Shown one piece after another: positions 1 to 12,580 of a DNA stretch of 64,000 bases. The stretch covers positions 1 to 64,000 of the forward strand of contig NIVC01000920.1 in NCBI GenBank assembly GCA_002269645.1, written 5' to 3'. The translations under genes were made by a program, and so were the position numbers. Source of the stretch: Macrostomum lignano. Taxonomy: Eukaryota. Each line of letters starts with the position of its first letter. Positions within the stretch are counted from its first letter, which is position 1. The notes under the pieces were generated by a model, which was not told the origin of the DNA, did not search any database, and saw nothing but the letters and a program-made list of their open reading frames with translations.

Positions 1-3000
1 TTCTCGCTGCCGAACATTAAGCGATTCAACACTGTTATCGCATGTCAGCGACCTCTCTTGCGCCAAGTTTTAGGTCGCTACTTAAAAACGCCTTTGCTTC
101 TCCAACCGTTGGAAACTGCCGCCACTAGCTGCGCTCCAGTCAAAATTTTCTGGCGGTTTGGCAATTGATCTTTCTGGACAGGCCAATAGATTTCTCTCGC
201 GATGAAGTGCCCCCACTGCAACCATCCAATCTTCTTGCTCTTCGTGCTCATAAGTTGGCTGAGCAGCAGATTGCGCATTTGCGTTGTCATTTCGGAGTAG
301 CTCCGCAACTGCTTCGACTTCTTCGTCAGCTTCGTCGTTGCGCAAATCGTCCAATTATTGGGCAGCTGCAGCTCGCATCGATTCTCAGCAGGCATGGCTT
401 CGTACGCTTGCTGCCAGCTTGTGTGCAAACCTTTGGCTTCTCGCTCATTTCGCCAACAACTGTACAACAAAACCTGCTGCCGATAATAGCCTTCGCGTCT
501 TTCGTCTGATTGCTCATTCGGTCGAAAAAATGGACTGATTAGCAAAACTACTTGTTTCGGCCTTTTTGTGCACCTCCCACAGGCTGAGACAGTAGTCGGA
601 AAAAACGAAACATTGTTACATTTTCCAAATTCTTTGCACGCTTTGAATACTTGTCGCAACTATTCTGCAAACACCCTTTTCCTCCACGCGCGGTTCGCCA
701 GTCTGAACAAAAACAAATTCTCGCGAACCCTTGTACATTGACGTCTGCAATAGCAAATGCATTGCCTCTTGCGCCGAATAATCACGCGCTCCAACTTGCG
801 CCATCAAGTGTTGTTGTACAACACGCCTTGCAGTGTTGCTACGCTGAAAATTGTTATCGGCATTCTGTTCTGCATTATCTTCCAACTCCTTATGAAGACG
901 CTTTGTCAGCTCCGCCATATAATCCGACTCCTTTTCGCTTTTTGTCGCATACTTGATCAAATAGCGAATCAAATTCTTCACGGACGAAATCATTTGAACA
1001 TCGACATTGGCTCTCCACATGCACAGCAACTGCGGACTGTGAGAAATCATTCGCTCGTCGTTGCGCTGCGTCTCAACTTGCCAATTTAAACGGGATACTC
1101 GCTTTGCAACAGTCTTTTCCTGCGGCTCGCGCGATACTTGAATCGGCACTCTTGTTTGCCTTTTACTGTTCGCAAGCACTTTTTACTGCAAATAGTGTGC
1201 CTCTCTGTCAAATGCGAAATTAACTGCAAATCTTGCTTGTCATTTTCAATCTCTTCCGGTTTCAGTTGAGCTGGATGACCTTGACCTGCTAAACTGCCAT
1301 TCAAAACTTGATTTCCATAATCCGATTCGTCCATGGCCAAATTCCAACTACAGATGTACTTGTCAACAAAGCTCGTCAATTCTTCTGCATTCAATGTATT
1401 CGATGTCACATCAACACCATCTGGCATCCAAATGCAACCGTGAACGTGTGGACTTCCGCGACTCTGATATTCTATGCGAAACCAATAATCGTTTACTTTC
1501 CAGTGCTCGACCAAAAAACGTTTCAAACATGTTTCAAATCGCAACCAAAACACAGTGTCTGCCATTCCGGGATCTTTTTGCAACTTTGACAACATTTCTG
1601 CTCTTAGTTCTACATTGCTTTCATATTGCTCTGCATCGATTCCCCAGGCATGCTGCAACTCTGGCCAATGTACATCTGCTGCCGATAGTGTCACGAAAAA
1701 ATGAGGAACACCAAGCGTTCGAATCATGGCTTCCAATTGCCGTCCTTTACTCTGCCAATAAGCGCTTGTGCCTCGCAAATCTGATGCTCGAACTGACACG
1801 CTAGCCAATACTGCCGGTCATTTAGTGCTTCAATCATTTCCTTGGCACTTAATCCAGCATACTTGTTGTCGTGTACAAACACGCGACCAACTTCCAGCGC
1901 CCTCCAACGCATCACCATATTTTCAATGTAAAATTTAAACCGCAAATCGGTACGAAATCTTGGACACCGGAATTGCATCAAATGCTTTGCATAGTCGCCC
2001 AAACTTAGTCCAAAATTACGTGGCGTACTATAATCTCCTGCTCCATCCGGAAAGAGATGAGGATAAGCCAATGTAAAATATCCTTCATCCTGAAATTCGT
2101 TTACCGGCTCGTTGCTTCTTGCTGGCCATTTCAATTTTTCACTCAAAAATTTGTCTCGTACTGCCGATTCCAATCGACGCAAAGGAGTCTCCAACAGCGA
2201 ACTAATTGTTTCCTCGAGCTCGTTCGTCTCGTCCGCATTTTTTCTACTTGTTGCTGCAATCGCTCAGCTCTGGCTGAGCCGCCTTCTTGCTGTGCCGCCT
2301 CGAAATTCACTTCATTGTCAGACTGCATTTCGACAATCATACCTTCTACTTGATGAGCATAACCATCTTCAGGCAGATGTAGCAACGCATCATTATTCAT
2401 TGAAACCTGATACTGTCTAAAGTACTTGTTGTTTGCCATTAAATAGCGCATCGCATTAGTCACTTTGTCGCGTCGAACTCGCAAATTGTTCATTGTGCCG
2501 CTTTGCGCTTCTCCAGGCTGAACACGGGCTCTTTCGTCGTACATTAAAACAACTGGCAGAGATCGTCTTGGCAGCTCTCGCAAAACGTGCGACTGATCTT
2601 GAGGCAACATGATTCCGTGTCCTCTCGATTTTGTTTGCTTTTGGGAAAAATTTGTACCACAACAATAACCGACAAAACTGGCGAAATCAACATTTGCTCT
2701 GCTACACTCAAATCTTGCAAATCTTCTGGCTGCTCCAACATCGGAATCGCATTGTTTTCTTGGCTAAACGATTTCGGCTCATTGTCATCTCTGAAACAAC
2801 GATCGCACATGTCTTCAGAATCGATGCTAAAATATTTTCCAGGAAACTTTTCCCTACACACGTAGCACTGTTTCAAATGTGATACTTTTGTTATGTTTTC
2901 ATTGAAAAAGTCTTGCCTCATCTTTTTGAACTGGTCTGTGAACGGATTGCGAAGGCACTTTGGCAGATTAGGATCTCCGATTTCATCTTCAACAATTGGA

Positions 3001-4555
3001 GCATCTTGAGCGCTCTCTTCTGAAGTGCTGCTCTGCGGAACATTTTCTTTAGCTGGCTGCTGCTCCATTGTAGGCCGCTTTCTGGGTGACGAACGGATCG
3101 CTTCATCAGGCTTCTCCTGAGTAGCACGTGTCTTTCGTGGTGATGAATACGTAGAAGTAGCTGGAATATTATCAGACTGACGTTTATCTTGCTGCTCCTG
3201 CTGCAAAGGTGCCGTCTTCCTAGGCGACGATCGAACGGGTTCGCAGATATGATTTTCTGCGTTTGTCAATCTCTGTTTCCGTGGTAAAGAATTTGCATAG
3301 TTGACCACTTGCTGCTGGTTTTTCAAACGCTCGCTGCGACGAGTAGGAGCACTTGGTACAACGTCGCTCTTCTTTTCTCGACCTCTTCCTTTTTCCAAAT
3401 GGCAAGAAACGCTTGAAACCGCCGAAACTGAGTCGCCACAACCGATGCAACTGCAACATGGTGCTCTCCGAGTGCGACTGCTTCTTCTCAATAAGCTCTG
3501 ACCAGATACACTAGAGGCTGCAACAGACACAGACTCTAATGTGTTTGCTTTAGCGCTCAGTCGACTACTCCGACGCGTAGCGCAACTTGCCTTCCCAACA
3601 TCCTTTTTACGCCGACTGCGCCGCGGAACATTTGATGGCACGGACTCTGACACACGATCACTTTTAACTGACTCTGACACATGCTCAATTTCAACTGACT
3701 CTGCGCTATCCTCCGCGTCAAGATCGACATTCCAATTCCAGACAGAGTTGTTCCGATCCCGAAGCACTTCATATGAATTCGGATGCGCAAACAAACTCGT
3801 ATTATTTTCCAAGGACTTTGCTTGATTTCTACAACGTCCCTTCCAATGCCTACTTTGAACTCGGGTCCAGTCTGCAACCTTTTCAAAAGGCGTCATTGGT
3901 GGAGCTGGAGGTGGCATCATTACAACAGGATCTTCGACAACATGAACATTCTCGTTGAGAGGGGGCATTTCCACATTCTTGGCGCTCAAATCTCCTTGGC
4001 CAGTCGGCCGAACTGAGCTTGCTTCATTAACTTCCAAATCATTGACACGAACGATTTCGTAGTGTTGACTACCAGGATTAAACAACAATCGAATAGTAGC
4101 CAAACGTTCTCCAATATTCGGTCGGGAATAATGGCCAGGCCGCGCTAGATTAAGCATGTTTGACTGATAAATAAACACTTCTAGCCGCAACAGTTCACCA
4201 ATTAGTTCTGGAACTCCGCATGGCACGTACATACGGGGACGCCTTGTATCGTCGCGCACTTTTTCCCAATTCAGTCCTGTTTGCATAATTCTTTCCTGAT
4301 TATTGACATCGCGATGCACCCATTGCTCGAATTCTGCAGCAACCGCATCTCGAAAATCTTCTACGCTTAGCGATTGATAGGCGGAAAAACCTGGCAGTTC
4401 TTGTAATTGTCTCAATATGGCCGTGAAAAAACAGTTGCCGTCACCTCGTACATTCTCAACGCGACACGAAGAAAAAGGAACCCATACAGGTTGGACTTGT
4501 ACAGCAGCAGTTACATGACCTTCGGCAAAATCCATTGCAGTAGCACCTGTTTCAT
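1..4555 (-). pseudogene. RepHel main exon: OTU protease, basic low-complexity linker, CxxC..CxxC finger, DUF6570-like region, HUH Rep; broken by about 7-8 single-base frameshifts
   Basis: OTU motifs VENVRGDGNCFFTAI and SQHYE; CYVCREKF..MCDRC; LSVAEQMLISPV..RGHGIMLPQD. ORFs 2544-4571, 2143-2610, 1724-2194, 1086-1808, 616-1179, 78-659 and 82-354 are consecutive pieces of one protein, joined by 1-nt shifts mostly at homopolymers. Acceptor ttttacag|AT at 4556-4557. Confidence 0.85.
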
Positions 4556-4740
4556 CTGTAAAAGAATACAACTCTTAAACAGTGAGGTATGATAATTTTA
4601 AGGAATTGAGCATTAATTGTATTTTGCACAAGTCGTAAACACTAAAATCTAATTTTCAATATTCGCAAGCAAAGTCAGATGTAAGAAAGAAAATTAACTT
4701 GTACTATGCATAGAAATTCAATAAAAAATAAAACTCTCAC

Positions 4741-5112
4741 CAGCACTCAAGTAGCCTATAAGTTGCTCATTGTAAGCAGCACCAGAATTGGGCACTTCAG
4801 CATCACCTTCGACCACGGGGTATTCCGAAGCAGCCAGAGCGTCGGCCAGAGCAGCATCATGTTCAGCTAGCAGGGCAGCCAGACCAGCCTCGTCCAGCTT
4901 AATCACAGACTCAGTTTTAGCAGCAGCATCAGCAGAAGCACCAGCTTTAGTCCCAGCAGCGGCAATAGAAGAGGCAGCAGCAGCTTCCGGTTGTACATCT
5001 GGCTCTTGAATCTGTTCTTCGCCAGCAGTTAAATCACCGACAGCAGCAACTTTAATATTATTCTTGGAGCGGCTCCAGTTTTTCTTCTTCGGCCGTCCGC
5101 ACTTTTTCGCAC
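4741..5112 (-). CDS. RepHel upstream coding exon with AT-hook-like KCGRPKKK and Ala/Glu-rich linker
   Basis: Acceptor ttaaacag|GT at 5113-5114 and donor GCTG|gtgaga at 4740. The 372-nt exon is open, phase 1 at both ends, and joins in frame to the 4555 exon (G+AT = Asp). Confidence 0.75.
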
Positions 5113-5374
5113 CTGTTTAAAGTCACAGTAAAAAAGAAATTTATAAATCTACCTATATATATATATATATATGTCTGTCCATCTATTTCGCTCTAGAGCG
5201 TGCCATTCTTGATCAATTTTGATAGCGTTTTTTCTAAACTATTGCAGATTTTGCACTGATTATACAGTGGTCAAAATTTCTTAAATCTGCTCAAATTCTA
5301 AGGGTGTTAAACATTCGAAAATAGAGTTTCTATAATTATTTTAATGATCTGTCAAACAAGGTCAGATTCCAATT

Positions 5375-5575
5375 GAATTTATTCCCTTTGTCGAAACTAT
5401 TCAGTCGAAACTACTCAGTCGAAACTATTGAGTTCACACTATTCAGTCAAAACTACTCAGTCAAGATTATTAAGTCTAAACTATTCAGTTGTAACTATTC
5501 AGTTGAAATTATTCTGTCTGTCAAAACTATTCAGGCGAAACTATTCAATCTAAACTATTGAGTGTGAACTATTGA
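5375..5575. repeat. Degenerate 13-14 bp minisatellite (AAACTATTCAGTCG-like) in RepHel intron
   Basis: About 14 imperfect copies of aaactattcagt; the motif resumes at 5653-5690. Confidence 0.8.
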
Positions 5576-5887
5576 TTTGAGCTGCGTCAGTTAAGAGTTT
5601 GAAAAATTCACATTTTTAGACATCTGAAAAACACTTTTTTACAGAATTACCTGTGAACTATTCAGTGTGAGTTATAGTGTGAACAATTGAGATTTATTGT
5701 TTGGTAAATAAATTGTGTAGTGCAGGAACTTTTTAGTTTGTCTGTTGCCCAAATGGGCAGCCAAGAATGCTAGTAAAAGCTGGTTTCCTAAGGTGTGAAT
5801 ATTAATAATAAAGGTAGGATTGCTTTGAAACTATTCCTGAAAGTAGCACCTATCACCTGCAAGTTGCAACAAATGTACAAAACTTAC

Positions 5888-5966
5888 TATTGGCAGCAAC
5901 AGAAGAAGCACTTGTATCCTTGTTAATGCTAGTGTTGTCCTTGATGCTGTTTTTGTCGTTGCCCAT
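5888..5966 (-). CDS. Probable first coding exon of RepHel (MGNDKNSIKDNTSINKDTSASSVAAN)
   Basis: Acceptor tttagacag|GATG, donor AATA|gtaagt; 79 coding nt, phase 1, in frame with the 5112 exon. No homology support. Confidence 0.5.
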
Positions 5967-6656
5967 CCTGTCTAAATAAACATGTTAGTAAATATTTCAG
6001 AATGATAAAGAAACTAATTAGCTAAACACAGAAAACATGCTACTCTTTACCAAGTTAACTCAACTCTTTTCTGGTGGCAAATTTAGTTAAACTACGAACA
6101 CTAGCACTGCTACTGGATTGTGGATTAATATGCTGCAGCATAATATACTGGCATATAGGCGGTGTGTGCCATGTAGTTTTTGTGCTTTCAACATTTTTTC
6201 TTGGATTTAGTGCATATTTTCTAGAGTTTTTTCAGGCATATTCCATGTTTTTGTACATGCTTCTAGGAATTCTATATCAGCAAAAAAACATCCCTTGGTA
6301 AAAATTCACCATAAACTAAGTGTCTAGCACTTTCAAGCATTGCTTGATATAAGGAGCATTGGCATGTATATATTGTCTAGCAAAAATGCTAAATTTATAA
6401 TAAATTGAGCAGAATTTATAAAAAGTGTCCACAAACTTCTACCATTAAGCAGAGTACTACAGATATTTGTACTATGCTAAACATATGAAGAAATAAAAAG
6501 AATACTTACTTCAAAACTAAAGTCTTAAGTCAAAATTATGCAAACAAAAGGAAAATTCAAGTTAAATTTGACTGATAACTACAAAATAAAATGTGAAAGG
6601 ATGAGTACTTTTAAAAGATATATGTAAATATGACTATAATTTATAAAAATATGGAG

Positions 6657-9600
6657 CAAAAAGCAAAGCAGAGAAAAAAAACGTAAATATTTGGCAGAAT
6701 ACAATTAATTAGCTATAAAATAATATTAAAGTACTATACTTCAGTTATATTTCAAATAAAATTTGAAGCTTACACTTACAGTGTAAAACTGATAACAATT
6801 GAATATATTACAATTAAAACTTGTACTTGTAGAATATAATATATTGTACAATAATTATATATAATGTAGTAGGATACGAATAAATAGCGTAACAAAACCG
6901 AATATTATAGCTACAGATTGAAGCTTGAAAATATTTCAGATTTAGATAGCGTTTGCTTAGATAAGTTGCTTTGAAAATTTGGGGTCAAATTTGTCCTACA
7001 GCAATAAACTACTGTTAACATAACCGATTTAAATTTAAATTTTTGTAGAAATTATAAGGAACAGAACGACTGAAATGTACAGTTTAATTATTTCAAAATT
7101 AAATAATTTCGAATTCTATTTTACCTTATTGCTTTCTTCAATTAAATTTTGTTATACAATTTATAAAATGCCTATTTTCAAAATATACCTCAAAAAGTAA
7201 GTTCAACAGCTTTAAAAATGCGCACGTTTTTACACTTCACGGCTCCAAAAAGTCACCATAGAAGATTTTTGCAGGACGCAAGACTTTTTACGTTACAAAA
7301 TAGCACTTTTATGTGCATTTTTTATTCAGTTTCAAAAGGCTTTTTAGTTACCTATTTGGTATTTTTTGTTTTAAAGATTTTTGCGAAATCAGGTCATTTT
7401 AACTTGTTACGAAACTGTGGACCCACACTTTTACGCAACGCAATGCGCATGATGTCATCTTAAAGCACTTGCTAAATGCTATTTATTGACACTACACTGA
7501 AGGCCTGGCGTAGGATAGTTAATAAATGGCAGCGTGAAATATAGCAAAAAAACGCATAGTACCGGAACCTCGTAATTCGGTAAAATGTTAATAGCGTCAA
7601 ACTACGAATTTTCGCACACTAACGAAGATGGCAGTCATCTGTACGTGTTTACTGGGCACAATAGTGCTCTTGGAAGCTAAGAACCTCATAGCGAAAATTA
7701 ATATATTTTCCGCCCTATGTAGTGCTCAAATGGGTTGTTTTTGCACAAAATCACGTTTTTCGATTTTGAGAGTCAATTAAAAATTTTTTTTGCAACTGAC
7801 AGACGTGAATGTCACTTTTTCTGAGAGTATTCATCTAGATGTTTCTAATAAGTACTAATATGGGTCATTCTTATGCTTCACCTATCCTTAGTATAGGTAC
7901 AAAGTCATTATTTCATTTCCAGCAAGTCACGTGACCTGGCCTGAGGTGTACAACGCATCGTGCAATGCCAGCGAACATACACTCAAATTAAAGCACTTTT
8001 TAAATGCTAACTATTGACACCACACTGAAGGCCTGGCGTAGCATCGTTAATAAATGGCAGCGTGAAATATAGCAAAAAAACGCATAACACCGGAACCTCG
8101 TAATTCGGTAAATGTTATTAGCGTAAAAATACGAATTTTCGCACACTAACGAAGATAGCAGTCATCTGTACGTGTTTACTGGGCACAATAGTGCTCTTGG
8201 AAGCTAAGAACCTCATAGCGAAAATCAATAAATTTTTCACCCTATGTGTGCTCATATAGGTTGTTTTTGCACAAAATCACGTTTTTCGATTTTAAAAGTC
8301 AATTATAACAAAATTTTGCAACTGACAGACGTGAATATCATTTTTTCTGACAGTAGTCATCTAGGTGTTTCTAATAAGTACAAATTTTGGTTCATTCTTA
8401 CGCTTCACCTATCCTTAGTATAGGTACAAAGTCATTATTTCATTTCCAGCAAGTCACGTGACCTGACCTGAGGTGTACAACGCATCGTGCAATGACAGCG
8501 AACATACATTCAAATTAAAGTACATCTAAAATGTAGTTCAATGACACCAAGCGCGTCGCGCTCCGGTAATCCGCTCAAAAGTTACAGGCTAAAAAGTATG
8601 TTCGATATGCAAGCCCCCCGTACCGTCGTTAAAGTACATTTCTGTACCGGCAGCGACTTCAATAAACTAAGACGAAATTTCAAAATATACATATTGTGCG
8701 CAATTTAGTTGTGCACCTTGCCTAAAAAGTCTGATTTTCCTAGCATGTCGTCGTTTCTTATTTTTTGTACATTTGTATCATGAAAAATACATAAAAATAG
8801 CCTAAATCACGTTTATCGACTTTAGCAGTGTATGGCTCAGAGTCAGTGCAACGAAACGGCTCAAAATGTATTATAAACATGTAGATCTTACCTAAATGAC
8901 CGCATTCATGTACTTTTTAGAGTCTCGCAACAAGGTTGAATTTCCTTTATTTCGGTTCGAATACCTACCCGTCGAATATTCGAATGTAATTAACAGGTGC
9001 GAATGTACAGTTAAAGTGAGTATCTTGGTTAAAGTCGTGCGTCATGTAAGAGTCCCAGGTGCCATTGTTAGAATGACGCAGCTCAAAGCAAAAAGCAAAG
9101 CAGAGAAAAAAAACGTAAATATTTGGCAGAATACAATTAATTAGCTATAAAATAATATTAAAGTACTATACTTCAGTTATATTTCAAATAAAATTTGAAG
9201 CTTACACTTACAGTGTAAAACTGATAACAATTGAATATATTACAATTAAAACTTGTACTTGTAGAATATAATATATTGTACAATAATTATATATAATGTA
9301 GTAGGATACGAATAAATAGCGTAACAAAACCGAATATTATAGCTACAGATTGAAGCTTGAAAATATTTCAGATTTAGATAGCGTTTGCTTAGATAAGTTG
9401 CTTTGAAAATTTGGGGTCAAATTTGTCCTACAGCAATAAACTACTGTTAACATAACCGATTTAAATTTAAATTTTTGTAGAAATTATAAGGAACAGAACG
9501 ACTGAAATGTACAGTTTAATTATTTCAAAATTAAATAATTTCGAATTCTATTTTACCTTATTGCTTTCTTCAATTAAATTTTGTTATACAATTTATAAAA

Positions 9601-11519
9601 TGCCTATTTTCAAAATATACCTCAAAAAGTAAGTTCAACAGCTTTAAAAATGCGCACGTTTTTACACTTCACGGCTCCAAAAAGTCACCATAGAAGATTT
9701 TTGCAGGACGCAAGACTTTTTACGTTACAAAATAGCACTTTTATGTGCATTTTTTATTCAGTTTCAAAAGGCTTTTTAGTTACCTATTTGGTATTTTTTG
9801 TTTTAAAGATTTTTGCGAAATCAGGTCATTTTAACTTGTTACGAAACTGTGGACCCACACTTTTACGCAACGCAATGCGCATGATGTCATCTTAAAGCAC
9901 TTGCTAAATGCTATTTATTGACACTACACTGAAGGCCTGGCGTAGGATAGTTAATAAATGGCAGCGTGAAATATAGCAAAAAAACGCATAGTACCGGAAC
10001 CTCGTAATTCGGTAAAATGTTAATAGCGTCAAACTACGAATTTTCGCACACTAACGAAGATGGCAGTCATCTGTACGTGTTTACTGGGCACAATAGTGCT
10101 CTTGGAAGCTAAGAACCTCATAGCGAAAATTAATATATTTTCCGCCCTATGTAGTGCTCAAATGGGTTGTTTTTGCACAAAATCACGTTTTTCGATTTTG
10201 AGAGTCAATTAAAAATTTTTTTTGCAACTGACAGACGTGAATGTCACTTTTTCTGAGAGTATTCATCTAGATGTTTCTAATAAGTACTAATATGGGTCAT
10301 TCTTATGCTTCACCTATCCTTAGTATAGGTACAAAGTCATTATTTCATTTCCAGCAAGTCACGTGACCTGGCCTGAGGTGTACAACGCATCGTGCAATGC
10401 CAGCGAACATACACTCAAATTAAAGCACTTTTTAAATGCTAACTATTGACACCACACTGAAGGCCTGGCGTAGCATCGTTAATAAATGGCAGCGTGAAAT
10501 ATAGCAAAAAAACGCATAACACCGGAACCTCGTAATTCGGTAAATGTTATTAGCGTAAAAATACGAATTTTCGCACACTAACGAAGATAGCAGTCATCTG
10601 TACGTATTTACTGGGCACAATAGTGCTCTTGGAAGCTAAGAACCTCATAGCGAAAATCAATAAATTTTTCACCCTATGTGTGCTCATATAGGTTGTTTTT
10701 GCACAAAATCACGTTTTTCGATTTTAAAAGTCAATTATAACAAAATTTTGCAACTGACAGACGTGAATATCATTTTTTCTGACAGTAGTCATCTAGGTGT
10801 TTCTAATAAGTACAAATTTTGGTTCATTCTTACGCTTCACCTATCCTTAGTATAGGTACAAAGTCATTATTTCATTTCCAGCAAGTCACGTGACCTGACC
10901 TGAGGTGTACAACGCATCGTGCAATGACAGCGAACATACATTCAAATTAAAGTACATCTAAAATGTAGTTCAATGACACCAAGCGCGTCGCGCTCCGGTA
11001 ATCCGCTCAAAAGTTACAGGCTAAAAAGTATGTTCGATATGCAAGCCCCCGTACCGTCGTTAAAGTACATTTCTGTACCGGCAGCGACTTCAATAAACTA
11101 AGACGAAATTTCAAAATATACATATTGTGCGCAATTTAGTTGTGCACCTTGCCTAAAAAGTCTGATTTTCCTAGCATGTCGTCGTTTCTTATTTTTTGTA
11201 CATTTGTATCATGAAAAATACATAAAAATAGCCTAAATCACGTTTATCGACTTTAGCAGTGTATGGCTCAGAGTCAGTGCAACGAAACGGCTAAAAATGT
11301 ATTATAAACATGTAGATCTTACCTAAATGACCGCATTCATGTACTTTTTAGAGTCTCGCAACAAGGTTGAATTTCCTTTATTTCGGTTCGAATACCTACC
11401 CGTCGAATATTCGAATGTAATTAACAGGTGCGAATGTACAGTTAAAGTGAGTATCTTGGTTAAAGTCGTGCGTCATGTAAGAGTCCCAGGTGCCATTGTT
11501 AGAATGACGCAGCTCAAAG
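6657..11519. repeat. Near-identical 2.43-kb tandem duplication (6657-9088 / 9089-11519), each copy holding two ~528-bp diverged subrepeats
   Basis: Same text at offset 2431-2432 (identical ORFs 7218/9650 and 8896/11327). Subrepeats start taaagcact at 7461 and 7989, partial third at 8516. The junction has AG microhomology. Confidence 0.95.
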
Positions 11520-11552
11520 GTCGCGCTGACGCGCGACCTTTGAGCTGCGTCA
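11505..11552. other. Perfect 22-bp-arm hairpin; putative Helentron subTIR plus stem-loop junction
   Basis: TGACGCAGCTCAAAGGTCGCGC-TGAC-GCGCGACCTTTGAGCTGCGTCA. The outer 14-mer recurs at 5576-5589 and 9074-9087. Confidence 0.8.
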
Positions 11553-11965
11553 GTTGAAAGTTGATAAAAATGCGCATTTTTTGACACTTAAAAAACACAC
11601 TTTTACAGAATTACCTATCAAGGTAAGCATTTAGCGGAAAATAACCAATCAGTGTCTTGAAGGTCTGAAAATTCGCCAAAAGTTGGGTTCAATCAATTTT
11701 TGACTCCATATTGTGAATCCTTATTTTTTGAGATTCAAGATTTGGACGGGTCTAAAAAAAGTCACTTTTTTGTTGCCATGGCAACCAAGACGCGTTGCTA
11801 TGGAACTTTCACGTCACACATCTTGTAGCCCTAAATGTTTTACGTCCATAGAGGGGTCACACATGGTTTCATCTCAAGTGGTTTTAACTCTGCATCAATT
11901 TTATTTTCTAAAACGTTGATTTTACGTTGGGGGAGTCTCCGGGACATCTTATCTCGGTCTCGTTT

Positions 11966-12067
11966 GTCCGAAAAAATTGCCAACGAGGAGCTACGCTCGC
12001 TTCGCTCGCTTCGCTCCTCGTTGGCAATTTTTCCGGACTGCACTTCGACCTAACTAGACTAGACTAG
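11966..12067 (+). other. Long hairpin followed by CTAG repeats; candidate Helitron-type 3' terminus
   Basis: 20-bp perfect arms 11972-11991 / 12013-12032 (extendable to 11966/12038 with one mismatch), loop tacgctcgcttcgctcgcttc, then actagactagactagt. Confidence 0.5.
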
Positions 12068-12580
12068 TATTCAGACTAGGTTTACTAAAAACGCGTGATC
12101 AAATTCATCAAACAGAAGGCGTGCTAACTTCAGCTGTATGAGTAGCCAAGATAACGCAGAAACGCGCCTTATCTGCCCAGTATAAATTGTAAAGCTGAAT
12201 TTGGGGTTTAGAGGAATACTATTGTATTTAGCTACTCCTAATTCTGCACTCCTGGACATTCCAATGGGCATTCAAAGCCTAATGAATAATTAATTAGGCG
12301 CCGGTTTACAGTCTCTCTCTTTCTCTGAGCCCAGCACCCAGCTTTTAAATTGATTGAAACGGTTATGAATTTACCTGATTATAAAGGGTTGGGCTATGAG
12401 TCACTAACAATCAGCTATCCATAATTCTCATGATTGAGTATCAGTGCCTATCTGGGGGTGGAGGCTTTGCTTGAGTAGTAGTGGGAGGCATAAAGATTAG
12501 CTTATCAGACTCGTCACGTGACAGATATAAGCTGAAATGTCACTAGTTAATGTTGTTGGCGTTGTACTGTTGATAAAGTA

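Larger units (their letters stand above)
1..5967 (-). mobile_element. Helentron/Helitron2-type rolling-circle transposon, RepHel gene region (continues beyond window start)
   Basis: Minus-strand ORF chain carries HUH Rep motifs FFVTLSAADVHWPEL, YWFRIEYQSRGSPHVHGCIW (GSPHxH as in Helentrons) and YLIKYATKSE. It also has the post-Rep YYRQQVLLYSCWRNE and QEDWM motifs and, at nt ~1-40, ESLNVRQRE, the typical start of the Pif1-like helicase. Confidence 0.9.

Noticed and set aside
600-2665. Programmed ribosomal frameshifting in RepHel
   Set aside because: Too many shifts, of mixed direction, with no consistent slippery heptamer plus pseudoknot; error or decay is simpler.
7218-11557. Duplicated ORFs 7218/9650 and 8896/11327 as genes
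   Set aside because: Short, AT-rich, no recognisable motifs; repeated only because of the 2.43-kb duplication.
12200-12270. ECPLECP peptide on the minus strand as the next agrin exon
   Set aside because: Stops after a few codons; no VCGxDG Kazal motif or proper splice sites.
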